From NCBI GenBank assembly GCA_003550345.1, contig PUJZ01000027.1, positions 15,134 through 79,133 on the forward strand: DNA of 64,000 bases. Direction: 5' to 3'. Source of the stretch: Methanomassiliicoccaceae archaeon (GTDB lineage: Archaea > Thermoplasmatota > Thermoplasmata > Methanomassiliicoccales > Methanomethylophilaceae). The notes below the pieces were generated by a model. It was not told where the DNA came from. It saw only the letters and a program-made list of their open reading frames with translations, and did not search any database. Below, one piece after another: positions 47,600 through 57,709 of this stretch (its first letter is position 1; each line of letters starts with the position of its first letter). Made by a program: the position numbers and the translations under genes.

Positions 47600-48835
47600 C
47601 TACTCCAGCTCGTAAGTCTTCTCCAGCTCCGGGAGTATCACGTTGTACCTGCCGTTCAGCTCCTCGTAGAGGGGCTCGCGGCTCTCGGAATGCATTATCA
47701 CTATGTTCTGCGGGTCGCAGCCCTTCACGAATGAGACCAGCTGGTCATGGTCGGCGTGGGCGGAGAAGTCGTACCTCTGCACCTCGCAGTTGATCTTCTC
47801 CATGCTGCCGTCGATGTTCACATAGCCCTTCTCCAGCAGCATCCTGCCGTTGGTGTCCTCGGCCTGGAAGCCGGTGATGAGGATCGCCGACAGGGGGTCG
47901 TCCTTGACGCTCTTCATGTAATTGAGCACCGGGCCGCCGTCGAGCATCCCGCCGGTGGTCACGATTACCTCGCCCTTGCGCGCCTTCCCGCGCATCTGGG
48001 CGTTCTTCACCTCCTTGAAGGCCCTCCGGGACGCCCGCAGGGCCTTGGGGTTGATCAGGTACTCGGGGTACTGCATGTACATCCTGGCGATGGAGCGGCC
48101 CATGCCGTCCAGCCACTTGTCGTAATGCGTGCCGTTGAGCAGCATCATGACCTCTTGGGTCCTGCCCACCGCGAAACAGGGAATCAGGACCTTGCCGCCG
48201 CGGTTGACGACCTCCTCTATCTTGTCGAGGAAGGCCTTCTCGCTCTGCTTGCGGTCGGGGTGCAGCCTTCCGCCGTATGTCCCCTCGATTATGAGGTTGT
48301 CGCACTTCACCGGCTCGGCCGCCTCGACCAGCCTGGTGTTGATGGTGTGGATGTCGCCGGTGTAGAGGGTGCTGCTCCCGTTGAATACCTGGAACATCAT
48401 CGCCCCCGGCACGTGGCCGGCGCGGTGCATCTCCACCTCCAGGTCGCCCACCTCGATGACGTCGCCGAACTCCAGCGGTATGACGTTCCTCATCGTCCTC
48501 TCTATGTCGTCCTCGTTGTAGGGCTCGGGGTACCCCTCGGCCTTGGCTATCTTCAGCGAGTCGTACATCATCATCTCCGCTATCTCCGCGGTGAGCGGGG
48601 CGGTGAAGATGTCGTTGTCGTACCTGCTGGTGAGCCAGGGTATCATGCCGCAGTGGTCGAGGTGGCAGTGGGTAAGGAAGGCGTGGTCCACCTTCGGCGC
48701 GGGCAGGGGGTAGCTCGGCGGCTTCGTCGGGCTCATTCCGTACTCGAACATCATGCTACGGCCGCCGGCCTCCATGAGCATGCCCATGCGGCCCACCATG
48801 TCCGCCCCTCCCAGGAATTTAATCTTCGTTGTCAT
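47600..48835 (-). CDS. MBL-fold beta-CASP ribonuclease (aCPSF2-like)
   Basis: THCHLDHCG, AGHVPG, YTGD, EGTYG, FAVGRTQE, GMLDGGP, FSAHAD. Confidence 0.9.
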   Translation of the reverse strand: MTTKIKFLGGADMVGRMGMLMEAGGRSMMFEYGMSPTKPPSYPLPAPKVDHAFLTHCHLDHCGMIPWLTSRYDNDIFTAPLTAEIAEMMMYDSLKIAKAEGYPEPYNEDDIERTMRNVIPLEFGDVIEVGDLEVEMHRAGHVPGAMMFQVFNGSSTLYTGDIHTINTRLVEAAEPVKCDNLIIEGTYGGRLHPDRKQSEKAFLDKIEEVVNRGGKVLIPCFAVGRTQEVMMLLNGTHYDKWLDGMGRSIARMYMQYPEYLINPKALRASRRAFKEVKNAQMRGKARKGEVIVTTGGMLDGGPVLNYMKSVKDDPLSAILITGFQAEDTNGRMLLEKGYVNIDGSMEKINCEVQRYDFSAHADHDQLVSFVKGCDPQNIVIMHSESREPLYEELNGRYNVILPELEKTYELE

Positions 48836-48839
48836 TGGG

Positions 48840-49256
48840 TCATTCACCTACTATCTGTATGATGAGTTCGCGGCGGCGGTCCCTGACGTCGTTCTCCACC
48901 AGGGCGACCTGCTGCCATCGGCCCAGGTCCATCTCGCCGTCCGTGAACGGGATCGTGATCGTTCCGCCCAGCACGCTGGCGCGGATATGCGAATGGCCGT
49001 TGCCGTCTCCCCAGACGCGGTCGTGCCGGTACTCGGCGTTCCGCGGGGCCATCCGCTCCAGGGCGTCCGACAGGTCCGGCTCGAGCCCGGCGTCCCTCTC
49101 CATGAACACCAGCGAGGCGGTCGAGCCCTTGGCGAAGATGCAGAGCAGGCCCTCCTTCAGGCCGCTCTCCTTCAACGCGTCGCGGGCGTCGCCGCAGACG
49201 TAGAGCGCATCGCCGCTCCTGGTGTCGTAGCTCAGGACCTTCCTGTAGACCCCCAT
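48840..49256 (-). CDS. YjbQ family protein (UPF0047)
   Basis: GSTASL..E, Y.HD..GNGHSHIRA, LGRWQ. Confidence 0.9.
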   Translation of the reverse strand: MGVYRKVLSYDTRSGDALYVCGDARDALKESGLKEGLLCIFAKGSTASLVFMERDAGLEPDLSDALERMAPRNAEYRHDRVWGDGNGHSHIRASVLGGTITIPFTDGEMDLGRWQQVALVENDVRDRRRELIIQIVGE

Positions 49257-49448
49257 CGCTGAAGCCTAACAACAACACCTTTATTTAATTTCCCCCGGAA
49301 CGCCGATGCCATGGAATGCTGTCCAGCCACGCTCCGCCGGCCTTCGCGGCCGCTCCGAGCTTATAAAGAACGCCCTGATAGGCGAGTGATAAACATTAAA
49401 TAATCATGGCAATAATACAAAGAATGTCGGACTCATGTCTGACAAGGG

Positions 49449-50237
49449 ATGCACATGAAGACAGGGTTTGGGATGACCAGCCGTGGCTATCGTAACCGGG
49501 GCTCGGACGGCAGGGGCGACGGCGCCCCTGGCCGTGGACCGAGGCCGGGAAGGTCCGCCGACAGGCCATACAGCTTCCTGGCCGCCGTCAAGTACACCTT
49601 CGTCCTGTCCCTTCTCCTGTGGTGGCTCCCCATATTCGGCCAGATGATCTCCGGCTACGTCGGCGGCAGGAAGGCGGGCTCGCCCAACATGGGCATGCTC
49701 GCCGCCCTCATACCGGTGGGGGCCTTCACCGCCCTGATCTACGCCATCGAGACGGGGACCATCGCCCCCATCGATTTCATAAACGGCAGCAACGCCGCCC
49801 TCCTGGACGCCTTCAGCGCCGAGCTGCCCGCCCTGGGGGCGATGATGGGCGCCACGGTCGCTTACATGGACTCGTTCATGGCGGCGGTCGGCTCCACCAC
49901 CTCCCTCAACATCAACAGCTACATCATCACCATCGTCTTCGCCTACGTGGGCGGCATCCTCTCCGAGCAGGGGCGCCGCGAGATGGACTACGTGCGTCAG
50001 CACGCCCCTCCCGCTTCCAAGGCCCAGGGCAGGCCCTCCTTCGAAAGCTTCGACGAGTGCACACCGGTCAAGGGGAAGGCGGTGCGCCAGACCCCCAAGG
50101 CGGAGCCGCGGCGAAGACCGGCCCCCGTCGTGGCCGCCAACGCGTTCAACGGCCTCCTCCACCGCGCCGAGGTCAACGACCCCAACCGGGACAGGGGGCA
50201 GGGCCGCAAGGGCCGCGAGGATTTCGAGTACGTTTGA
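49449..50237 (+). CDS. Hypothetical membrane protein
   Basis: LLWWLPIFGQMISGYVGGRKAG and 3-4 hydrophobic segments; basic low-complexity termini; start uncertain. Confidence 0.6.
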   Translation: MHMKTGFGMTSRGYRNRGSDGRGDGAPGRGPRPGRSADRPYSFLAAVKYTFVLSLLLWWLPIFGQMISGYVGGRKAGSPNMGMLAALIPVGAFTALIYAIETGTIAPIDFINGSNAALLDAFSAELPALGAMMGATVAYMDSFMAAVGSTTSLNINSYIITIVFAYVGGILSEQGRREMDYVRQHAPPASKAQGRPSFESFDECTPVKGKAVRQTPKAEPRRRPAPVVAANAFNGLLHRAEVNDPNRDRGQGRKGREDFEYV

Positions 50238-50297
50238 GCCCGGCAAGGCTAACAATTTTTATACGTCGATTTGTTGGGGTAGAAGGAGGATTGACGC

Positions 50298-50597
50298 ATG
50301 TTCTGCCCTGACTGTGGTTCCCTTATGTTCCGCAGCGGAACGACGTTCCGCTGCAGCCGCTGCGACCTGGAGACGAGCCAAGGAGACGGGTCACAGAGTT
50401 TCGTGACCAGCTCCAGGGACAAGGAGACCACCGTGATAGAGGAGGCCTCGGCCACGCTCCCCAAGACCCGGGCCCCCTGCCCGGACTGCGGGCACAGCGA
50501 GGCCTTCTTCGTGATAAGGCAGCCCCGGGCCGCGGACGAGCCGGAGACGCGCATCTACCGCTGCTGCAAGTGCAGCCACTCCTGGCGCGAGTACTGA
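50298..50597 (+). CDS. tfs: Transcription factor S (TFS/RpoM family)
   Basis: MFCPDCGSLM, CPDCGH, Q.RAADEPET, C..C...WRE. Confidence 0.92.
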   Translation: MFCPDCGSLMFRSGTTFRCSRCDLETSQGDGSQSFVTSSRDKETTVIEEASATLPKTRAPCPDCGHSEAFFVIRQPRAADEPETRIYRCCKCSHSWREY

Positions 50598-50649
50598 AAG
50601 GTCAACCTTTATTATCTAAAACGACTGTGTCAGCAAAGGAAGGGGAAAC

Positions 50650-51387
50650 ATGTTTCAGGCAAAGATCAGGTCGGACACACTCAAGGGCATAGTGAACATA
50701 ATCTCCACCCTCGTGGACGAGGCCAAGTTCAACATCGGGCCGGAGGGCCTGAACCTCAAGGCGGTGGACCCCGCCCATGTGGCGATGATCGACCTCGACC
50801 TCAAGAAGGAGGCCTTCGAGGAGTACGCCGCCGACGAGACCAAGATCGGCGTGGACCTCGACAAGGTCAAGGACGTTCTGAAGCTGGCCTCGTCCGGCGA
50901 CATCGTGGAGATGGAGCAGGACGAGGAGAAGAGCCGCCTGGTCATGAAGGTGGGCAACATCGTCAGGCGCATGAACCTGGTGGACACCTCGAGCATGAGC
51001 GACCCCCGCGTCCCCGAGCTCAACCTGCCCGCCCTGGTCGAGCTCTCCGTCAGTGAGATACAGAAGGGCATCAAGGCCGCGGAGAGCGTCTCCGACCACA
51101 TAGCCCTGACCGCGGAGCCGGACTACTTCGAGCTCTACTCCGAGGGCGACACCGACTCCGTGAACCTGAGGCTGGAGAAGTCCCAGCTCATCTCGGTGAG
51201 CGCTGATGAGAAGGCGCGGTCCCTGTTCCCGTTGGACTACTTCTCCAACCTGGTGAAGGCGGTGCCTTCCGACACCAGCGTGCGGATCAATCTGGGCAAC
51301 AACTTCCCGGTGAGGATCATGTTCAGCCTCGCCGACGGCAACGGCAGCGTTGGATACCTCTTGGCGCCCCGCATCGAGAGCGACTGA
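50650..51387 (+). CDS. pcn: DNA polymerase sliding clamp PCNA
   Basis: AVDPAHVAM, FEEY, GVDL, C-terminal YLLAPRIE. Confidence 0.96.
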   Translation: MFQAKIRSDTLKGIVNIISTLVDEAKFNIGPEGLNLKAVDPAHVAMIDLDLKKEAFEEYAADETKIGVDLDKVKDVLKLASSGDIVEMEQDEEKSRLVMKVGNIVRRMNLVDTSSMSDPRVPELNLPALVELSVSEIQKGIKAAESVSDHIALTAEPDYFELYSEGDTDSVNLRLEKSQLISVSADEKARSLFPLDYFSNLVKAVPSDTSVRINLGNNFPVRIMFSLADGNGSVGYLLAPRIESD

Positions 51388-51494
51388 GGCGCATATGAAA
51401 TCATACGCGAGCAAACCCCTTCCCTCCCCCATAACTAAGGACAAATGTTTTTTACGGCGTCCCCATACTTCCGGTCTCCCGGTTCCGAAGAGGT

Positions 51495-52337
51495 GTGTCC
51501 CAATTGCCCCGTGAAGACAGTTCCATCGAATCAATGAAGGAGAAGGCCCGCCTGGTGCGTAGGCACATCGTCGAGATGACCTGCGCGGCGGGATCCGGCC
51601 ACCCTGGAGGGTCGCTATCGTCCGCCGAGATCCTCACCGCCCTCTACTTCCGCGTGTTGAAGCACGACCCCAAGCGCCCGGACTGGGAGGGGCGGGACCG
51701 CTTCGTGCTCTCCAAGGGCCACGTGGCCCCGGCGCTCTACGCCGTTCTGGCCGAGGCGGGCTATTTCCCCACCGAGGAGCTGCTCACCCTCCGTGAGCTG
51801 GGCAGCCGGCTGCAGGGCCACCCTTCCAAGGGGAAGCTGCCGGGCATAGAGATGTCCACCGGCTCCCTGGGCCAGGGGATAAGCGTCAGCAACGGGATGG
51901 CGCTCGCCGCCCGCCTCGATTCCTCCGACCACCGCATATACTGCCTCTGCGGGGACGGGGAGCTGCAGAGCGGCCAGAACTGGGAGGCGGCGATGTTCGC
52001 CTCCCATTACGGCCTGGACAACATCACCGTCTTCGTGGACCGCAACCGCCTGCAGATCATGGGCGACACCGAGGACGTCCTCTCCCTGGAGCCTTTGGAG
52101 GAGAAGTGGACGGGCTTCGGATGGAACGTCATCGTCATCGACGGCCATGACCTGGAGCGCATAATCGAGGCCTGCGAGGAGGCGCGGCGCTGCAAGGGCC
52201 GCCCCACCGTCATCATCGCCAACACCGTCAAGGGCCGGGGGGTCTCCTTCATGGAGAACAACCCCGACTTCCATGGTAAGTGCTGCAGCGAGGAGCAGAA
52301 GGACCTGGCCATGAGCGACCTGGAGGGATGCCTGTGA
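51495..52337 (+). CDS. Transketolase N-terminal subunit
   Basis: SGHPGGSLS, RDRFVLSKGH, LQGHP, STGSLGQG, GDGE, TVKG.G, HGK. Confidence 0.93.
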   Translation: MSQLPREDSSIESMKEKARLVRRHIVEMTCAAGSGHPGGSLSSAEILTALYFRVLKHDPKRPDWEGRDRFVLSKGHVAPALYAVLAEAGYFPTEELLTLRELGSRLQGHPSKGKLPGIEMSTGSLGQGISVSNGMALAARLDSSDHRIYCLCGDGELQSGQNWEAAMFASHYGLDNITVFVDRNRLQIMGDTEDVLSLEPLEEKWTGFGWNVIVIDGHDLERIIEACEEARRCKGRPTVIIANTVKGRGVSFMENNPDFHGKCCSEEQKDLAMSDLEGCL

Positions 52338-53299
52338 AGAAGGCCAGCCAGCGCTCGTTCTTCGGCAAGGCCCTCGCGGAGCTGGGCGAGGCCGACGAGA
52401 GCATCGTCGCCCTCGACGCCGACCTGGGCAGCAGCACCAAGACCAGCGATTTCGCCAAGGTGTTCCCGGACCGTTTCTTCCAGTGCGGCATCGCCGAGCA
52501 GAACATGATGGGCACCGCCGCCGGCCTCGCCGCCGCCGGTAAGACGGTCTTCGCCTCCACCTTCGCGGTCTTCGCCACCGGACGCTGCTGGGACCAGATC
52601 AGGCAGTCCATAGCGTACCCGCAGCTGAATGTGAAGATCGCCGCCACCCATTGCGGCATCAGCGTAGGCGGCGACGGGGCATCCCATCAGGCCCTGGAGG
52701 ACGTGGCCCTGATGAGGGCGATGCCCAACATGACCGTCATTTGCCCGGCGGACGCCAACGAGGCCTACAAGGCCACCATCGCCGTGGCATCGATGCCCGG
52801 CCCCTGCTACATCAGGATGGGCCGGGCCGACTTCCCCCTGATAACCGATGAGGACGCCCCCTTCGAGGTCGGCAAGGCCAGCATACTGAGGAAGGGCAAG
52901 GACGTCACCCTGGTGGGCAGCGGCCAGATGGTATCGCTGTGCCTGGAGGCGGCCGAGATGCTGAAGGAGGAGGGGGTCGCCGCCGAGGTGCTGAACATGG
53001 CCACCGTCAAGCCCTTGGACGCCGAGGCCCTCATCGAATCGGTGGAGCGCACCCGCTGCGTGGTGACCGCCGAGGAGCACAGCGTCATCGGCGGCCTCGG
53101 CTCGGCGGTGGCGGAGTTCCTGGGCGAGAACGGCAACCAGCCCATGGTCCGCGTCGGCGTCCGGGACAGCTTCGGGGAGTCCGGGGACCCCGAGGAGCTG
53201 ATGGTGAAGTACGGCCTCACCAAGGAGGACATAGTCCACGCGGCCCGCAAGGCCATCGCCCGCAAGCAGAAGAAGAAGGGATTCCTATGGAGGAAATGA
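52328..53299 (+). CDS. Transketolase C-terminal subunit
   Basis: [44 protein letters not shown]. Confidence 0.93.
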   Translation: MPVKKASQRSFFGKALAELGEADESIVALDADLGSSTKTSDFAKVFPDRFFQCGIAEQNMMGTAAGLAAAGKTVFASTFAVFATGRCWDQIRQSIAYPQLNVKIAATHCGISVGGDGASHQALEDVALMRAMPNMTVICPADANEAYKATIAVASMPGPCYIRMGRADFPLITDEDAPFEVGKASILRKGKDVTLVGSGQMVSLCLEAAEMLKEEGVAAEVLNMATVKPLDAEALIESVERTRCVVTAEEHSVIGGLGSAVAEFLGENGNQPMVRVGVRDSFGESGDPEELMVKYGLTKEDIVHAARKAIARKQKKKGFLWRK

Positions 53300-53300
53300 C

Positions 53301-53948
53301 ATGAGGATTTTCATAGACACCGCCAACATCGAACAGATCAAGGAGATCCACAGCTGGGGGATACTCGACGGAGTCACCACCAACCCCAGCCTCATAGCGA
53401 AGGAGGGCAAGGACCTCAGGACGGTTGTGGAGGAGATCGCCGAGCTGGTCGACGGCCCGATATCGGCGGAGGCGGTGAGCCTCGACGCCGAGGCGATGTT
53501 CGAGGAGGGCATGGAGCTCTCCTCCATACACCACAACGTGAACATCAAGCTGCCGATGTCCATCGAAGGGCTGAAGGCTACCAAGGCCCTCTACAACGAG
53601 GGCGTGGACGTCAACATGACCCTGGTGTTCTCGCCGCAGCAGGCGCTGCTCGCCGCCAAGGCGGGCGCCCGCTACGTCTCGCCGTTCGTTGGCCGCCTCG
53701 ACGACATCGGCCACACCGGGATGGACGTGGTGGCGGAGATACTGGACATCTTCGACAACTACGACTTCGACACCGAGGTCATCGCCGCCAGCATCAGGCA
53801 CCCCCTGCATGTGTCCCAGGCGGCCTCCGTCGGCGCCCACATCGCCACCATACCGCATTCGATACTGCGGAAGATGGTCTCCCACCCCAAGACCGACGAG
53901 GGCATAGAGGCCTTCCTCGCCGACTGGGAGAAAGTGAAGAACCTCTGA
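53301..53948 (+). CDS. tal: Transaldolase (TalC/Fsa type)
   Basis: [41 protein letters not shown]. Confidence 0.92.
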   Translation: MRIFIDTANIEQIKEIHSWGILDGVTTNPSLIAKEGKDLRTVVEEIAELVDGPISAEAVSLDAEAMFEEGMELSSIHHNVNIKLPMSIEGLKATKALYNEGVDVNMTLVFSPQQALLAAKAGARYVSPFVGRLDDIGHTGMDVVAEILDIFDNYDFDTEVIAASIRHPLHVSQAASVGAHIATIPHSILRKMVSHPKTDEGIEAFLADWEKVKNL

Positions 53949-53952
53949 GCGC

Positions 53953-55116
53953 ATGGCACGAGACGTGGCTGTGGTCGGGGGCGGGCCCGCCGGAAGCAGG
54001 GCGGCCGCCCTGCTCGCCAAGGACTGGGACGTGGCGGTGCTGGAGGAGCACCAGGAGAGCGGGCGTCCGGTCCAGTGCACCGGACTGGTCTCGCCGAGGG
54101 TCCTGGAGATGGCCGGGGTGAGGCAGACGCCCCTCAACGTCCTGCACGGGGCGGAGATAGAGTTCCCCGGCGGCAGGAGGATCGCCGTCAGCTCGCCCGA
54201 GCCGAAGGCGGTGGTCATCGACCGCGCCGACTTCGACCGCCAGCTGGCGGAGCGGGCCATGGACGCGGGGGCGGAGTTCTTCTACGGCCGCCGCTACCTG
54301 TCCCGGCGCTGGGAGGGCCGCAGCCGCATCCATTACCGGGAGGACGGCCAGGTGGGCGAGGAATGCGCCCGCCTCCTGGTGGGCGCCGACGGCCACGGCT
54401 CGAAGGTGGCGATGGAGGCCGGAGACCCCCGGCCCCGGGAATGGGTGCGGGGGCTGCAGGTGGACCTGCCCATCGCCGACGGCTCCGACACGGTGGAGAT
54501 ACATGTGGGCAGCGAGACCGCGCCTGGCTTCTTCGCTTGGCGTCTTCCCTGCGGCGATTTCACCCGCGTCGGCCTCTGTGTCGGATGGGACCATGGGCCG
54601 CCGGCGGACTACCTGAGGGCGTTCCTCAAGAAGCTCTCCCTGGAGGACGTCAAGCCGCTGGACAAGCATTGCGGCAAGATACCTCTGGGAGGTAGGGGGA
54701 GGACCTACGGGGACGGCGTCCTGCTGGTGGGGGACGCCGCCGGCCAGGTCAAGCCCGTGTCCGGGGGCGGCCTTTTCCCCGGGCTGACATCGGCCCGATG
54801 CCTCGCCGCGGTGGCCGGCGAGGCCCTGCGCGAGGACCGCTGCGACGCCGCCTCCCTCAAGGCCTACGAGAGGATGTGGAGGAAGGAGCTGGGCAAGGAG
54901 CTCGCCCGCGGCTACCGGCTCCGCCGCGTGTTCCTCCGGATGTCCGACGAGGACATGGCCAAAGCGTCGGCGATGGTGGACCGGCCCGATGTGCAGCGCC
55001 TGTTGAACTCGGGCGACATAGACCGGCCCAGCGACCTCGCCGCGCCCTTGCTGCGGAAGGTGCCCGGGCTGCTGCGCTTCTCACCCCGGCTGGTCTCGGC
55101 CATGGTGATGAGGTGA
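53953..55116 (+). CDS. Geranylgeranyl reductase family FAD oxidoreductase (second paralog)
   Basis: VVGGGPAGS, PVQCTGL, IDRADFD, GADG, PGFFAW, VGDAAGQVKP.SGGG. Confidence 0.87.
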   Translation: MARDVAVVGGGPAGSRAAALLAKDWDVAVLEEHQESGRPVQCTGLVSPRVLEMAGVRQTPLNVLHGAEIEFPGGRRIAVSSPEPKAVVIDRADFDRQLAERAMDAGAEFFYGRRYLSRRWEGRSRIHYREDGQVGEECARLLVGADGHGSKVAMEAGDPRPREWVRGLQVDLPIADGSDTVEIHVGSETAPGFFAWRLPCGDFTRVGLCVGWDHGPPADYLRAFLKKLSLEDVKPLDKHCGKIPLGGRGRTYGDGVLLVGDAAGQVKPVSGGGLFPGLTSARCLAAVAGEALREDRCDAASLKAYERMWRKELGKELARGYRLRRVFLRMSDEDMAKASAMVDRPDVQRLLNSGDIDRPSDLAAPLLRKVPGLLRFSPRLVSAMVMR

Positions 55117-55118
55117 GG

Positions 55119-56135
55119 ATGCGCCTGGCGGTGGTCCCCCGGGAGCGGGCGGGCGTCACTGTGTCCGAGCTGTTGGAGCGGGACATGGTGGTGCGCTCGG
55201 CGAAGATATCCAAGCGCGACGGCGATGTCCTGGTGCCGGTCAACGCCGCCGGCGAGGAGCATGCCGCAAACCTCGGCCTCACAGTGGTCGAGGGCGAGGT
55301 GCACGGCCGCAAGGATGAAAGCCCCCAGCGCATCGTGGCCCGCCTGCTGTCGCTGCCGGAGGACCGGATGCGCCTGCTGCCTATGAGATGGGAGTTCGTG
55401 GGCGACGTGGCCGTGCTGCGCCTCGATGAGGGCCTTCGGCCCTACGAGGCGGAGATCGGCGAGGCCTACGCCAAGGCCCTGGGGGTCTCATCGGTATGCG
55501 TGGACCGCGGCGGCGTCAGCGGCGAGCTGCGCCGGCCGCGCATAGACCTCATCCATGGGGAGAGCTCGGAGTCGATTCGTCTGGAGAACGGAGTACTCTA
55601 CAAGCTGGACGTCCGCGAGCTGATGTTCGCCTCCGGCAACAACGACGAGAGGGCGCGCATGGGCTCCCTCGATTGCGGAGGCGAGACGGTGGTGGACATG
55701 TTCGCCGGCATCGGGTATTTCAGCATCCCCATCGCCAAGCACGCCGGCGCGGAGAGGGTCTACGCCTGCGAGAAGAACCCGGTGTCGTTCCGGTACCTGA
55801 AGGAGAATCTGGCGCTCAACGGCGTGGAGGGATCGGTCACCCCGGTGCTGGGGGACAACCGCGACCTCCCCATTGCAGGGCTCGCCGACCGCGTGGTCAT
55901 GGGCTATGTGGGGGGCACCCGGGACTTCCTGTGGAAGGGCTTCGAGCTGCTCGCCCCCGAGGGCACCATACATTTCCATGACACCTACCGGGTGAATGAG
56001 ATGCCCCGCGCCCTGGAACGGGACGTCGCCCTCGCCGCTGGCGGCCGGGAGCACGAGGTGGCCTCCGTCCGCGAGGTGAAGTCCTACGCCCCCTCGGTGT
56101 CCCATTACGTGGCCGACATCAGGGTCTACGGCTGA
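55119..56135 (+). CDS. Trm5/Tyw2 (Met-10+) family tRNA-modifying SAM transferase
   Basis: VGDVA, GELRRP, ENG, MFASGN..ER, DMFAGIGYF, EKNP, ADRVVMG, VKSYAP. Confidence 0.88.
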   Translation: MRLAVVPRERAGVTVSELLERDMVVRSAKISKRDGDVLVPVNAAGEEHAANLGLTVVEGEVHGRKDESPQRIVARLLSLPEDRMRLLPMRWEFVGDVAVLRLDEGLRPYEAEIGEAYAKALGVSSVCVDRGGVSGELRRPRIDLIHGESSESIRLENGVLYKLDVRELMFASGNNDERARMGSLDCGGETVVDMFAGIGYFSIPIAKHAGAERVYACEKNPVSFRYLKENLALNGVEGSVTPVLGDNRDLPIAGLADRVVMGYVGGTRDFLWKGFELLAPEGTIHFHDTYRVNEMPRALERDVALAAGGREHEVASVREVKSYAPSVSHYVADIRVYG

Positions 56136-57634
56136 GGGGGCTCCTCGCCGGAGCCGGAGGCCACGATCATGTTGGCCAACGCGTCGCGGTAATCGTCGCC
56201 CTTGGCCTCCATCATCTGGAGGGCGAACTGCTCCAGGAAGCTGGCGAAATCGACCTCCTCGTGGTTGAACTGCCAGGCACCCGACTGCTCGCCGCAGGCG
56301 CGCAGGAAGGCCAGGCCGACTGAGCGGTTGCGGTAGCCGCGCGACTCGGACTCCACCGCCTTGCGCACCGAGGGGCCGCCGCCCACCTTGTAGGCCCGCG
56401 CCAGGCGGTCGGCGTAAGCGCCGACCTCCCCGAGGTTGGTGAAGACCGGGATGTCCGCCAGTATGCCTTTCGCCTGCTGGCGCAGCAGGGCCTCCGCCAC
56501 CGCCTTGTTGGGGTTCATCCTCGAGACGTCGCCCATCTCCTCCAGCACCTCCTCCGAGGCCGCCGCCACCACCAGTCGGTCATGGTGCTCCGGCCAGATC
56601 TGGTTGATGGCTTCGCTGCTGCGGTCCCCCTTGACCATGACGGTGACGACCTCCTCCTCGAGGAAGCGGCGCAGCACGTCCTTCTCCTCGTCGGAGCCGC
56701 GCAGGTCCTGCAGGAACGAGTCTATGTCGCGTCCGTAGTTGCGGTCGCCGATCATCAGCACCGCCGCCCCGGAGCGCTTCATCTCCTGGGAACGCCTCTT
56801 CACCACCTCATCGATGAGCTTGCGGTCGCTCAGCTTCCCTTTGGTGTACGACTCCAGAAGGTCCTCGTCCACCCTGAAGTCCTGGAGCGCGGGCTCCTCC
56901 ATCTCGTGGAAGTTGTGCACCACGTGCACGTCCAGCTCCTTGAGGGGCTGGGGCGAGGTCATGCGGGCGATGATATGGTGGAAGAGGTTGATGTCGCCAG
57001 CGCAGTGGCGGCAGACGGTGATGCGCCCCTCGCCGCGGTTGTACGAGAGCACCAGTTTGCCCCGCGACTGCTCATGGCCGCAGGAGCTTCCGTCCAGCTC
57101 ATAGGGCGATGCCTCCAGCCTCTCCTCGATGTAGGCATCGGGCATGCCGGGGAGCTCGCTGCAGAGGACCTCGTCCTCCAGGGAGTACATCCTCAGCTTC
57201 TTCCTCTTGCTCACGTCGGTGTAGGCCAGAAGCCGGAGGTCGGGGTCGTCGTGGTGCTGCACCCCGATGAGCTTGTCGTGCCCCACCTTCCCCCGGGCGG
57301 CGTAGGATATGTCCCCCGAGGGCAGCCTGGCGGTGGCCAGGTAAGGAACCTTGCCCGCCGCCGCCAGCGAGACCGTGCCCGCATAGGCCTTCACCAGGGG
57401 GTCCGACCCGCGGGCGGCGGCCTTGTTCAGCCTCTCGACGTCATCGATTATGCCCGCCATCGAGGCCATCTTGCGCAGGGGCTTGTCGAAGTGGCAGCGC
57501 CGGCATGAGCCGATGCAGACCGGGCGTAGAAGCTCGGGGTCCTTGGCCAGGTCCACCGCCCGTTGCATGAGCTCCTTCTCCTGGCGCTTGGAGGTGTGCT
57601 TGGCGCCCCTTATCCTGACCCCTTTCCTGCCCAT
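56126..57634 (-). CDS. Hypothetical protein (about 500 aa, Cys motifs)
   Basis: Long ORF with native codon usage; P.C...C..C near the N-terminus and C..H, C..C internally; no family recognised. Confidence 0.75.
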   Translation of the reverse strand: MGRKGVRIRGAKHTSKRQEKELMQRAVDLAKDPELLRPVCIGSCRRCHFDKPLRKMASMAGIIDDVERLNKAAARGSDPLVKAYAGTVSLAAAGKVPYLATARLPSGDISYAARGKVGHDKLIGVQHHDDPDLRLLAYTDVSKRKKLRMYSLEDEVLCSELPGMPDAYIEERLEASPYELDGSSCGHEQSRGKLVLSYNRGEGRITVCRHCAGDINLFHHIIARMTSPQPLKELDVHVVHNFHEMEEPALQDFRVDEDLLESYTKGKLSDRKLIDEVVKRRSQEMKRSGAAVLMIGDRNYGRDIDSFLQDLRGSDEEKDVLRRFLEEEVVTVMVKGDRSSEAINQIWPEHHDRLVVAAASEEVLEEMGDVSRMNPNKAVAEALLRQQAKGILADIPVFTNLGEVGAYADRLARAYKVGGGPSVRKAVESESRGYRNRSVGLAFLRACGEQSGAWQFNHEEVDFASFLEQFALQMMEAKGDDYRDALANMIVASGSGEEPPQP

Positions 57635-57709
57635 GGCGGATGGATATCCGGTCGCCACCTAATACTTTGCGATGGTAAATGATAACTAGCGCCGCGGCGA
57701 TTCGCCGCC

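Noticed and set aside
49386..49442. Possible C/D box sRNA (GTGATAA ... CTGA)
   Set aside because: Box C is imperfect, there are no convincing D'/C' boxes or terminal stem, and the region looks like an AT-rich promoter
57490..57520. CxxxCxxC in the 56126-57634 protein as a radical SAM motif
   Set aside because: No aromatic residue before the third Cys and no recognisable radical SAM barrel motifs
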